Assembly: GCA_001662655.1 (NCBI GenBank)
Contig: KV460230.1
Strand: one strand, 5' to 3'
DNA length: 64,000 nt
From: Pseudogymnoascus verrucosus
Taxonomy: Eukaryota
Made by a program: the position numbers and the translations under genes. The notes below the pieces were generated by a model that had not been told where the DNA came from, made no database searches, and saw only the letters and a program-made list of their open reading frames with translations. Each line of letters begins with the position of its first letter. Positions within the stretch are counted from its first letter, which is position 1. Below are positions 25,101 through 36,855 of the stretch, piece after piece.

Positions 25101-28100
25101 AGTGCCCAATTTTTGCCAGCCAGGGAGAAACCCTCCATTCAGGGAGAGGGACACCGAGCGAGGCGACCAGGGCTGGTGCCGCGTCCCGGGTTTGAGGAGT
25201 GGACTCGTTTTTGATCGCACTGTAAACTTTCCCAACTCATCATCTTGTGGCGTGCGCATCTACGCGTCTCGGTGGAAATCACTGCACTCCATCAGCCCCC
25301 TTTCCCAAATCCCTCCCAATTCTGCAGCGGCAGTCAGTCAGTCTCATCTCACTTCATGTCATTACCGCTCCCAACCCCCCGGAGAGCGAACAAGGGAAGC
25401 TGAAAGGACGTGGGGCATTGTTAATAGTTTGACGCCACCACTTAGCTGAGCGCGCTGCTAATCACCCCTCCATTAGGGGCTCCAGTGGGAGGGGGGACGT
25501 GGTATAGTGGTATTTTCCGAGATCCCGGGACTGCCAGGGGGGGCCAACGCGTCCACACTGTGCATTAGGGACCCTGTGTACATATATGCATGGAAGCATT
25601 CCTCGAACTCCTTTTGCCATGGCTGTAATTGGACGCGCGCATAAGGCAGTTGAGGTGCGAGGGTATATGTAATACCATATAGATGCCGGTATATATCCAA
25701 CAAATTTGACTCTTTGTCGCTTTCGATGCGACGCGGCCGTATCACGTCGCCCCTACCCTAATAGGATGTGTAATCCGCAAATGCTAGAAGTATCACTTGT
25801 AGTGGCAAAGTACCCCATTACCCATCCCGCGCTCGCGCCCCGGCTCGTGGGTCCAAACTCCCCCGACCCGATCGCCTCCCGGAAGCTTCCTGCCACCTCC
25901 GCGGCGAACTAACATAGTCCAACAAACATAGCTCGATGCCAGGCCGACCAACCACAACGCCGCGCCGCCCCTTCTCCAAACGGCTTGGCGCGATCTGAAA
26001 CGTCGTGAAGAGCTGAGCTGGGCGGACGAGCGACGAGAAGCCGCCGCCGCGCGCGCTGTGACGTCGAGGGTCGTACAAGGCTTAGGTAGGAGCTGGTGAC
26101 CGCTCATCTGGCCCCGCCAATGGGGTGGTCGGCGCTCCGTGGCCGCGGAGGAGGGAACGCGCGCCGCAAGCGCTAGGTGCCCTGCTTTGAGGTCGGGAGT
26201 CGACCGACTGCGACTGCGATGGCGTGATTCGAGGGAAGGTGAGCAGTCAGTGAGTACAGAGTCGGTCAGCGAGCTTCACCGACATTTTCTAGGTCAGCGG
26301 AGCTGTGCTGTGCTGCTGGACGACGGTACTTGCGGATCGTGATGCTCACTCCCCGATGTATCGCGATCTCATCGAGTTGCCCCTCCCCCCACATCGATTC
26401 CAGAGCGTGGGCCAGGGGTTTACTATGGTACGCATGCTATGGAAGGCTGAGGGAGACCTGAGAGACCTTCCATTCCTGGTGAGTTTCGAGAGCTTTTAGA
26501 GCCGCACGGAACATGCCACTGACTGCGTCTTCTTCTTTGCTCCAACCGAAGAATTGCGGCGTATCGCTGTAGTGTAGAGCGTTTCGGCACTGTACTCGTA
26601 AAGTGCAGTATGGTTTCTGCAGCTCCTGCACGTCGTAGGGCTTGTGTTGGTGGCGGGATGGCGCCCTACAAGGTGTTCTGTGTATCACAAACATTAACGA
26701 CTGTTGGGTTCTGCAGTGGCTGGTCTTGTGTGATGTACAGTGCAGTACCTAGCCCCCCCATGAGACCCTCCATGAGACCCTACAACTTCCAACATCACAT
26801 TCCCAACCAACACGATGATACTCCCACTATACCTCAGACAGCTCCGGAAATACATCCCCCCCATAGGTGAAGCGAAGAAAAGCCGAACAACCTCATCCTC
26901 CGCTCCCTGTTCCCGTCCCCAACCGACGATCCTCCGCATCCACCTCGCCCCAAACACTCACCTCCTACTGCACGTCACGGAGACCACACGCCCTCTGGTG
27001 CCGCGCCCTCCGATTGGCAGACCGCCTCCCTGGTGCGACATTGGGCACCCAGCCGCTGGAACTCCCACGAGCTTTTTACTATAGTATACCGCCCAGCACA
27101 GCACATCACATTACCCGGCCCCGACGCGTGATCCCCCGTCGCTCGCGGCCATAGCGCTGCTTCGTATTCCGTTGCGACTACACACGCACTCCTGCCTCGG
27201 CCGGCGCGCGTAATATGCACGTCCTGCAGCCCGGCTGCATGAGTGCAGGCCAAGGCAACTGCATGGAACCGGGAACGCAGCTTCCAGCGCTTCGCCAAAA
27301 ATACCGCAGCCCGGCGGGGGGGCAGGGGCTCGGGGAGTTGGTCGGGCAGCAACAAGAAAGTAGTCAGGTGCGAAAGATCGGCCCCTCGGCCGGGGGGAGG
27401 CAACGGTGTTGTGCACTCGGGGGGGGATGGAAGGAGGGGCTTGGCTTTGTCGGGTGTTGGTTGCACTGCGCCTACTGCGGAAGGGTATTTCGGGCCGCGT
27501 GGTAATGGGGGCCGGAGGGGGCTGTTTGGCCGCGCGAGCACGGCGTCTGCGTTCCATGGGCGCATAATGGAGGTGCGGCTCGCGGGGGTGCCTTGGGGCG
27601 GATGGCCAGATTAGGGAATTCGGTCATCGCTCTTCGGATCGGGGAGAGGAGGGGGCGGTGATAGGTGGGAGCTTGCACCGCGTGATTCGGGGCAGTCAGC
27701 CGGATGGTTTGCCTAAGCTGCGCTGTGTTGGCAGACGGAGAGACGGGGTCTGCGGATTCATCGACGGCCTTGCTCCGTGAGGCGGTTGTGCGAGAGGTGG
27801 AGCTGAGTACGGCATGCCCGGCGGAGTGCTCGAAGCGGTCTCCCGCCGTAGCCGACGCATGATCGCGCGGCTTCTTGATATTGCGGTGAGATCAAGCATG
27901 CATGCGCATCTGCGAGACAAATCTGATCTTAGATCGTTTGTGACAGGTCACACGCCCTGCTGAGCGATGCTGGCATCTTCAGATTAGAATCATGCGGTGT
28001 GAGGACGGGGAAGCGGAAGCAGCAATGCGGGAGGCACTCTTTGGGAATAGAGGCGGCGTTGATCTGCATCCGGGATTCCGCGCGGAAAAACAGCACGTTT

Positions 28101-29039
28101 CTGAGACAGGGAGTTGCACTCGTCCGGATGGGCTCAGCGTCGCTAAATTTGAGAATGAGCGGATGAGGGAAATGTTTTTCCATGAACACGGTGAGTTGCA
28201 ATTTACTTTGCCTCCAGGCTAGCTGCCAAGTTTCATGCCGGCGCAGCTTTGATATCACCATTTCGGGCCGTTTATCGCCATTTCTCGAGAGCCTGATCGT
28301 CATTTTGGGCAAACCTTCATATATTTCTGCTTAGTTATTTGCTGCATTTCTCATCGCTGTCAGCAGCCGTCATTTCGAAACTTTTGTCAGCTCAACTCTC
28401 TCCGTGCCGAATTTCCGGTCATCCCACGTCGTTGTTCTCATTTATTTCCCAGCCTGATAGATTCCCCTCGACGCGAAGCCCCCTTGACTTTTGTCCTTGA
28501 GGGATGGGTTATTGGATCCCGCTGTTCACGTTTGCCTCTCCCATTGTTTAGCTGTTGTTTTCAGCTTGACTGTGCTGGTCGTATGATCACGGGGCTTACT
28601 TCACCGCTCCTATACTCGAGTAGTTGCTCTGAGGACCTGACTCATGATTTCGCCTTGTCTCTAAAACTTTCCGAGAGTTCATTGAACCCCCATCAAGCTT
28701 TTCTCATCTGTTCACCGCTTCTCATGAGAATCAACCAATATGAGACCAACAGCACTGAAAGAGTTGAACGAGAGTCGCCTCCTCTCTCTTTCTATGAATC
28801 TCTCTGAGTCCAACGTAGTAGAATTACTGAGAAATACAACCATAGCCATGAAAATCAACCAAATAGGAGTCTTCTGCAGTTCCAAGGAGAAAGTGTCATG
28901 TGATAACTCTCTCACATACTTATGCTTAGTCATCCACTCTTTCAACCTCATTTTCCAAAGTATGCCAGAATCCCCATCTCCATCCCAATCTCCATGCGTG
29001 TAAAGAAATGACTTCTCTCACTTAGAGAACCTGTATACA

Positions 29040-30641
29040 ATGGAAAAACTCCGCTCCCATGGCCTCCAAATCCTCTCCACCATCCACGCCAACCTCTCGC
29101 CACAAGAAACGTTATCACGTGATACCACCCCCTTTTCGGATGAACTCCTGGAGCTTCCTCCGCTCCTCCTTGCCTTGCTAAGGCGCCAAACTGCTCTTCT
29201 CCTCAAGCCGGTGGGAAGTTATAATGATGCTCTGCTCCTGAAGCGACTGGCGGACCTTGAGCGGACTGCGAGGGGGAAGCTATATGTGTATCCCTTCCAT
29301 CAGGTCCCGGTGGCGTGGAGGAGACTGGTATGTGAGGTTGGGATTGTGAGAGCTGTGGTGGCTATTCTTGGGATATATGGTGGGGAGGTGGGTTGGGTAG
29401 ATGAGGTGGTTAAGACGCTGGATATGGTGCTTATTATGAGTGGTGCGCCGGGAGAAGGGAGGAGGGAATGGATTGAGAAGACGTTTGAAATTTTGGAAGA
29501 GGTCATTGCGGAGCGGAATGAGTTGGGACATTCTGGGAGAGAGTTTTCGGGGGGGGGAGGGAGAAAGGAGGCCCACGAAACGGACTCCCCTGAACCACCA
29601 CCCAAACGTTTGAGAATCGCCAATGAAACCTCGGCGCCAGGAGATGTGATAGATCGTTTCCCGTCTTCGTCCTCTTTCACGCCGCCTGTTTCGCACCCAA
29701 TTCCCCGAATGGAAGTGCCAGACACGTACGTCTTGGGGGCGCTCCTGTCTAATCCAGCTGATGCCGACGTGGGCCCCATCCCCGTGGTATTTACGGGAGG
29801 TATGGGTCACTGGCCAGCGATGAGCGAGCGGCCCTGGTCAAGTCCGCAGTATTTGCTGAAGAGAACACTGGGAGGACGGAGACTTGTGCCGGTGGAGGTC
29901 GGGAGGAGCTATGTTGATGGCGGATGGGGACAGCGGATTATACCATTTAAGGAGTTCCTGGAGGAATTCGTGATGCGACCTTCGACTGTTGGACGAGAAG
30001 AAAGGTCTGAGAAGGAAGATGGCGCAGATCAAGAAGAAGACGAAAGGCGGAAAACAGGCTACCTAGCCCAACACAACCTCTTTTCCCAAATCCCTTCCTT
30101 ACGCTCCGACATCCTCATTCCTGACGTCTGCTGGCTCGATCCTCCACCTCCTCACTCCTCCTCGCCGATGGCAGCCGTGCATGCTGCGACCGCAAAACTG
30201 GACGAGCCGTTGTTGAACGCTTGGTTTGGGCCTGCAGGAACAATTAGCCCACTGCATGTTGATCCGTATCATAATATCCTGGCGCAGGTGGTTGGGAGGA
30301 AGTATGTGAGGCTTTATGGGCCGAGGGAGACAGCCGGATTGTCGCCAAGAGGGGAGGAAGGGGGAGTAGATATGGGGAATACGAGTTTGGTTGATGTCGG
30401 GGCGTGGGAGGGGTGGGATGAAGTGCCGGAGGAGGAAGAGGAGGACGAGGAGATGGAAACGGAAACGCCGAGTAGAGAGGTGAAGAGGGACAGGTATAGA
30501 GAGAGGTTTAAGGCATTTGGGGAGGCGAGATATGTGGATGTGATTCTGGAGGAGGGCGAGTTCTTGTATATACCCGTGGGCTGGTGGCACTATGTGAGGA
30601 GCTTGAGTGTTAGCCTCAGCGTGAGCTTCTGGTGGAATTGA
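29040..30641 (+). CDS. JmjC-domain protein, JMJD5/KDM8-like (cupin_8)
   Basis: RLVPVEVGRSY, GYLAQHNLFSQIP, NAWFGPAGTISPLHVDPYHN, GRKY and LYIPVGWWHYVRS; the HxD...H triad is intact. Confidence 0.92.
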   Translation: MEKLRSHGLQILSTIHANLSPQETLSRDTTPFSDELLELPPLLLALLRRQTALLLKPVGSYNDALLLKRLADLERTARGKLYVYPFHQVPVAWRRLVCEVGIVRAVVAILGIYGGEVGWVDEVVKTLDMVLIMSGAPGEGRREWIEKTFEILEEVIAERNELGHSGREFSGGGGRKEAHETDSPEPPPKRLRIANETSAPGDVIDRFPSSSSFTPPVSHPIPRMEVPDTYVLGALLSNPADADVGPIPVVFTGGMGHWPAMSERPWSSPQYLLKRTLGGRRLVPVEVGRSYVDGGWGQRIIPFKEFLEEFVMRPSTVGREERSEKEDGADQEEDERRKTGYLAQHNLFSQIPSLRSDILIPDVCWLDPPPPHSSSPMAAVHAATAKLDEPLLNAWFGPAGTISPLHVDPYHNILAQVVGRKYVRLYGPRETAGLSPRGEEGGVDMGNTSLVDVGAWEGWDEVPEEEEEDEEMETETPSREVKRDRYRERFKAFGEARYVDVILEEGEFLYIPVGWWHYVRSLSVSLSVSFWWN

Positions 30642-31244
30642 ACAGACGAATACAATCAGTTATAAATCAGTTATTCTGTTGGGGGAAGGAGGTCACAGGC
30701 GAATCAATAGAAGCCCCATATGTAATACTAGAGTTGATACAGTGCAATTACAGAGTAATTCACATTAGAATAGGCTATCACTTAACTACGAACGAGTCAA
30801 CGAATACGTCAATTGCAATAGTTTGTAAACCGTGTAGGATCGGAGTTAGTATAGACGTTAGAATATTCTGCAGTTGCTCTTCTTGTCATTCCTCGCCGCA
30901 GTGATCGATTCACGTCTTTGTTCTCCGTTCCTAATTTCTCATTTCGAGGGGCGAGCAAGCTGCTTTGTCGACTCACGTCAATAATATAAGTTTGGCGTGT
31001 CTTTATAAAAGGCCCCCCGTTAGTTTGTTTACCTCTCCTTCCTTTATACACTCACTCTTTCATCACAATCACCACCACCGCCACTAGGTCGATCAAGATC
31101 TAAAGCTATCAACCTCTTCGTTCATCACTCTCAATCAACATCTCTCATCCAAAACAAAACTTCAAAGTTTACCTTCCATCTACAAAGGTAAATAACCCCT
31201 TTCTTCAAAGTGAAGTTATAAAAACTCAACGTCGGCCAGCCAAA

Positions 31245-31679
31245 ATGACGATCAACCGCACCCGTAAAGAAGACATGTGGGCCCAATCCTCCACCACCAC
31301 TGCCAACACGGAGAACAGCACTCCAACCAGCCCAGCAAAGAGCTCTCCCGCCACATCTCCAGCGAAGTCCACCGGAGCCAGCAGCATCGGCACAAATGAG
31401 GGCACCAACTCCACCAAGGCCTCCATGACTCCAATCTCCCGCGGCAGCCACTCTGGCAACCACAGCCCGGAGGAAGGACTCCCACCAATGCCCAACGTCA
31501 GCAGAATGTCCGAGTATGGGGATGATTCTGAATTTGGGGGTGAGGGTTCCAGCATGTTGGGGGGCAACCACCAGCAGCATGCGGACGCGTTGTCGAGGGC
31601 CTTGAGCGTCATTTCTCTCCATGGGGACACCACGCCAAGGGCTCTGAAGACTGTGGTGGCTATCACAGCTACCAATTAA
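31245..31679 (+). CDS. Small Ser/Thr-rich hypothetical protein (144 aa)
   Basis: CAAAATG start; upstream TATAAAA (~31004) and CT-rich tract; plausible 5' UTR intron ~31188-31239; no recognised family. Confidence 0.55.
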   Translation: MTINRTRKEDMWAQSSTTTANTENSTPTSPAKSSPATSPAKSTGASSIGTNEGTNSTKASMTPISRGSHSGNHSPEEGLPPMPNVSRMSEYGDDSEFGGEGSSMLGGNHQQHADALSRALSVISLHGDTTPRALKTVVAITATN

Positions 31680-31709
31680 GTGGGAAGGGCATGGTAGATT
31701 CTGTTGTTT

Positions 31710-31924
31710 TGATGGGTTTTCTATGGAGGGTAATTTGTGGTAATGATGGGTCTGTTATGGAAGGTTATTTGTGATAATGATTAATTCGTCGGGGGACATC
31801 ACTTGTTTGTACGGATGAATCTGCCATGGGAGGGTTATTTGTTGTAGTGATGGATTTGTTATGGGAGGTTATTTACGGCAGAAGTGAATTCATCATGGAA
31901 GGTCATTTGTCGTAGTTATGGATC
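31710..31924. repeat. Six degenerate ~34-35 bp tandem units
   Basis: Units start at 31710, 31744, 31778, 31813, 31848 and 31882; consensus approximately TGATGGRTYTGTTATGGRAGGTTATTTGTNGTAR. Confidence 0.7.
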
Positions 31925-32026
31925 CTCAGAATGAATACAACAATATGGCCACTCGCAATAATGCCAATCAAAGCCATTGTATCCTAACGTCTATTTCCGA
32001 CGCTTCGGAGTCTTCCTCTCTGTCCT

Positions 32027-32680
32027 TTATAGTAAACTTGCAAATCCCTTAAACTGGTTCGAGGAATCCCAAGTCTTCTTGATCTCCCTTAAACGCTCCA
32101 CCCTCTCCGCACTGCCAAACAGCTCCTCCAGTGTCTCTCCACCGCGTGAAATGTTGGAATAGACATTCTTTCCCTCCTTCGGGGTAGGCACCTGTAGAGT
32201 CTCATCCACAAACTCTCCAGCCGCAGCATCCAGATGGGCATCCTCATACTTTGCCACTACTAACGCGACAATCCCGAACTGACGGTGGGGGTACGCGCTC
32301 TCACCTCCTAAAGACTCGAGCTCCTGCGACTTCGCGACATCATATACCTGGAAGACCACCGCGCTCTGCTTCGCACTCGGGTTCACCTTGACGAAAGACG
32401 AATAGTCGTTCCAGCATGATCTCACTGCCTTGGCATCCAGATCCTTAAGCATCACGCTTCCGGCTGGCTTGCGTCCGCCAAAGACTGCGAGCTCATCAAC
32501 ACTCTCATTGAGCCTATCCGCTGAAATCATGCAGTTGGCCGATCCAATCCGTTGGGTGAGGCCCAGAGAAAAGAGGGGCGCCAAGTGCTTGGACCCTTCG
32601 CATGCAGTGCCTGCATACCAGATGTTTAGGATGAGAGACGGTGAAGCTAGATATGCGATTGCATGTATAGCTATGATCGG
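32027..32680 (-). pseudogene. C-terminal fragment of an FAD-linked oxidoreductase (berberine-bridge-enzyme-like)
   Basis: SAYPHR and YSNISRGGETLEELFGSAERVERLREIKKTWDSSNQF match the BBE C-terminus; no FAD-binding N-terminal domain fits before the next gene ends at 33081. Confidence 0.65.
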
Positions 32681-33080
32681 CAGGGAGTTTATGCACCACA
32701 TAAACTCCAAGACCCCAGTGGAAGAGGGACATAGCGCACTAGTGACGTAGAATGATGCGGGATGAGGGGATTGAGGGCAAAGATGTGATGGCTTGATATT
32801 TTGAAAGTTGAACATGCGGTTAGCAGAGCATTGGCATGCAGATATCTAAGACTAGGTTCTCGGGATGACTTCACTAACTCACCGACTGTTCGGACAACGG
32901 AGCCTAATCTCATGTTAACCCATAAAAGCATTAACCACGTGATGGTACAACATAACTCTCCATGGACCAAGCATAGAGCCTTGAAATATTTTATGTATTC
33001 CGTGGTAAAATTCATAATGCTAGATATCATGTACAAGTGTTAAATGTTCAACCCCCACCGCCCAATTCTCCGCTCTTAAT

Positions 33081-34286
33081 CTACAACTTCGCGATCATCT
33101 TGTTTCCGATCTGGAGCCACTTCACGGCATCGCCAACAAGCTCGTCCACAACAGCCTTTGCCGACTTCTTCTCGTTAACAACAGCAGCGGCCTTACCCAT
33201 CAAGAATGGGCGGGCGCTGTCCATAGTCTCATCATCAATGTCATCACCCATCTTCTCGAAGTCGTCCTCGACGGGGATTATACCCTTGCTGGTCAGGTCC
33301 TTGATTTCCTGTGCGCGGTTCACCTCCCAGTTGGTGATGTATGCGTTGTTGCGGACGCGCATGGGGCGACCGGTGAAGATGATGGTGCGGATGTTGTCGT
33401 CGAAGCCGGAGGTGGTGACGGCGTCCTGGTGAGCCTGCGACGCACCAGCCTCATCGGTGACGATGAAACGGGTACCAACCCAGACGGCGCTGGCGCCGAG
33501 CATAAGCGCCGAGGCAACACTCTGGCCGTTGTAGATACCGCCGGCAGCGACAACCTGGACAGGCTTGCCGGTCATGGGGCTGGTCTTGCCCTTGCAGAGC
33601 TCGACAACAGAAGGGACGAGGATAGAGGTTGGGACATCACCAGTGTGGCCACCACCCTCACCACCTTGCGCGCAGATGAGATCAACGCCGAGATCGAGGC
33701 ACTTCTTAACGTGCTTGGGGTGTCCGATCATGTTCATGTACAGAATGCCCGCGCCGTGGAGCTTGTCAACGACGTGCTTGGGTGGGACACCGACGGCTGA
33801 GACGAAGAGCTTCGCGCCACTCTCGATAATGATATCGATGAGCTCGTTGAGCTTTCCCTTGGTGTAATCGTAGCTGTTTTAAGAACCGTCAGCACGCTGC
33901 TTACTGTGATAACTCTCGCTTATGCATGTGAAGGTGGGCTTACTTGGTCTTGCGGGCACTGCCACCAACCTGGGGGAGGAGCAAGTCGACACCGAATGGT
34001 GCGTTCTTGTCCTTGAGGAAAGACTTCAGCTCGGCGATTTGCTCGCGGAGCATGTCTGGGGTGTAGCCAATTCCACCGAGAACACCGAGGCCTCCGGCGT
34101 TGGTAACGGCGGCAGCGAGCTCAGGGCCGGCGGCAACGTTCATACCAGCAAGCATAACCGGGTGGTTGATCTTGAGGAGGTCGGTGGTAACCGTGCGGAG
34201 TTGTTCTGTTGATGGCCGTCAGTAAGAAAACTTGGGACAACGGTAAACTCTGGGGTAAAGGGCCATGACGTACGAGGAGAAGCCAT
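33081..34286 (-). CDS. Nitronate monooxygenase / 2-nitropropane dioxygenase family; exons 34286-34274, 34205-33944, 33873-33081
   Basis: HPVMLAGMNVAAGPELAAAVTNAGGLG, QGGEGGGHTG, VVAAGGI and VWVGTRF; ends AKL. Confidence 0.93.
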
Positions 34287-34718
34287 GGTGAATGCTGGGG
34301 TTGGTATGAGCGAGTTGAGAAGAGAAGCGCTGAAGTGATATGGGACGAGGATATCAAAGGATCTCGAGAGAGTTAAACAATATGTAAAAGAAAGAGAGGG
34401 GGCGATGGGGATTAGGACGAATATAAGTCTGGGGAAGGGCCAACATGTGGAGAAGGGTCGGCCGCACAGAGCCGAATTTAGGAAATGCCTCGGTATAATT
34501 TCTGATTAGTCATGCATTTAGCTAGGCACCAAAACAGTAGTGTGCGTCAACGCGGGGTGGCGCGGAAATTTGTGGATTATCCACTATCAACACTATCAAC
34601 TGCCCTATTGGGAAGAGATTCGCTGTGTTCTTTCCATCAAAAACAATGTAACAGAGCTGTGTATATAAAAATTATTATATGTATATAATATCCCCGCATC
34701 TCGGCAGCGACTGCGTCA

Positions 34719-36439
34719 ATGAAGCTGTTTCGTACAGCCGCCAATTCTGCATGCAGACCAAGCACGCCTCACCTGCGACGCAATAGCAGCTTTCGACGGA
34801 TCTCGCTCTCGGCGTCACCGACAAGAAGCCGCAGCTCTCTGAGCAGCGTTCCAGCAACGCCATGGTCTCAAGGCGCATCGGACAGAGGAGCAAAGAGCGG
34901 GGATGGGGAAGCAACAGCCAAGAGCGCCGCTAAGGCGCCAAAGACGGCTTACATCGCTCTAGGAAGTAATATGGGGGACAGGATCGGGATGATTGAACAG
35001 GCCTGCAATTCCCTTACATCACGTGGCATCACCGTGAAGAGGACGAGCAATCTGTGGGAGACAGAGCCCATGTACGTTCTCGATCAAGACAATTTCATCA
35101 ATGGCGCCTGCGAGGTTAGTAAGAAGCTTTTTTTTTGGTTGTTGCCATGCAATTTGTGTCACGTGGACTGGTCGAGGTCTGTATGAGAATATAGAGCTGA
35201 CAATACACAGGTGGAAACTACGTTAGAGCCCCTTGAACTCTTAGATGAGCTTCAAGACATTGAAAACTCCATGGGCCGTCACAAGGTTATCGACAAGGGA
35301 CCCCGTAACATTGATTTGGATATCCTCCTGTACGATAATCAAGTCATACACCACAAGCGGCTCGATGTCCCACACATTGGCATCCCTGAGCGCGAATTCG
35401 TTCTCAGGCCTCTCGCTGAGTATGTTTAACCTCTTGCATGGCAGAAAATCGGTTAACCTGCTATATCAGACTTATCCCAGACAAACCCATCCATCCGTCC
35501 AAACCCTGGAAAATCACGTTGGACTACCTCAATGCCCTTCCGTCGTCTTCCCAACCCATGTCTACCAGCACGCCCCTTGGCTCTAACCCAGCCTCAACCC
35601 TCTACCCCCTCCGCCCACATCGCCAGACCTCCATTATGGCCATCCTAAATCTAACACCCGATTCCTTCTCCGACGGTGGCCTCCACACCAGCGCCTCATT
35701 GGACAAAACAATCGACACCTTCATTCGCGGCGGTGCATCCATCATCGACATCGGCGGCCAATCCACCGCTCCCAACACTCCCTCTGTCACCGCCGACCTC
35801 GAAACTTCCCGCATCCTCCCCGCCATCGCCGCCATCCGCGCACACCCCCTCGGCGCCAACGTCACAATCAGCATCGACACCTTCCGCGCCCCCGTCGCCT
35901 CAGCTGCCATCGCCGCCGGCGCCGACCTCATCAATGATGTTTCAGCAGGCCTCCTCGACCCCGCCATGCTCCCCACCCTCGGCCGACTCGGCTGCACAGT
36001 CTGCCTAATGCACATGCGCGGTACACCTTCCACCATGGACTCCCTAGCCGTCTACCCTAACGGCCTCATCCCCACTATCGCTGCCGAGCTGCTCGAACGC
36101 GTCGCAGAGGCTGAGGCAGCAGGTGTACGCCGCTGGCGCATCATCCTCGACCCTGGTATTGGGTTCGCGAAGACGCAGGCCCAGAACCTAGAGATTCTAC
36201 GAAGGCTCGATGAGCTGCGTGACTGGCCTGGCCTGCGCGGCTTCCCGTGGCTGGTTGGCAGCTCACGGAAGCGGTTTGTGGGTCGAATCACGGGCGTGAA
36301 GGAGGCGAGGGAGAGAGTGTGGGGGACAGCGGCTACCGTGGTGGCGGCTGTGCAGGGGGGTGCGGACATCGTGCGGGTGCATGATGCAGTGGAGATGGGT
36401 CAGGTTGTGAAGATGGCGGATGCGATTTGGAGAGTCTAG
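34719..36439 (+). CDS. FOL1: Folate synthesis protein, HPPK-DHPS fusion; exons 34719-35114, 35211-35419, 35470-36439
   Basis: HPPK AYIALGSNMGDR, GPRNIDLDILLY and EREFVLRPL; DHPS ILNLTPDSFSDGG, DIGGQST, LDPGIGFAK, SRKRF and IVRVHD. Confidence 0.94.
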
Positions 36440-36855
36440 AGAAAGAAAAAAATTGTAGTGTATACAGTGCTATAGATTGTGGATATAAAAGCCATGTTTG
36501 TATATACATGATTACTTTGCCTTGAAAGGTCCCCAGCCTCTCGCCCCATCCACCATCCGGCCTAAATGCTCAATCACAGACGGCGTCTCCTAGAACTTCC
36601 CATAAGTATGAAGAATATAATGATTATGATATCGGGCATAATTTCGTCCATGAAATCCTTACACAGACGCTGCCCCAGTAAATGGTTTCAACCATCCTAG
36701 ATGTCTCGCCCTTCTCCCCGCCCTCCCTCCGCCCAGCCAACCATGCAACGAACGCCGTGCCGTCGAAAAACACAAAAGGAAATTGCTGGTACTCCATGCA
36801 GTGAGTAATGTTTCTAACGTGCCTAAAAAATATTGCGCCGTAAATGGCTGTATGT

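Noticed and set aside
26975..27920. GC-rich Pro/Arg-rich ORFs of 70-196 aa
   Set aside because: Overlap in several frames with no domain or consistent splice structure; expected in GC-rich sequence
28600..29000. CpG-poor, CA/TG-rich stretch suggesting a RIP- or methylation-eroded element
   Set aside because: No transposon motif, terminal repeat or second copy is visible in the window
31710..31924. ~34-bp periodic array as a CRISPR-like locus
   Set aside because: Eukaryotic context, contiguous degenerate units with no unique spacers, and no cas genes
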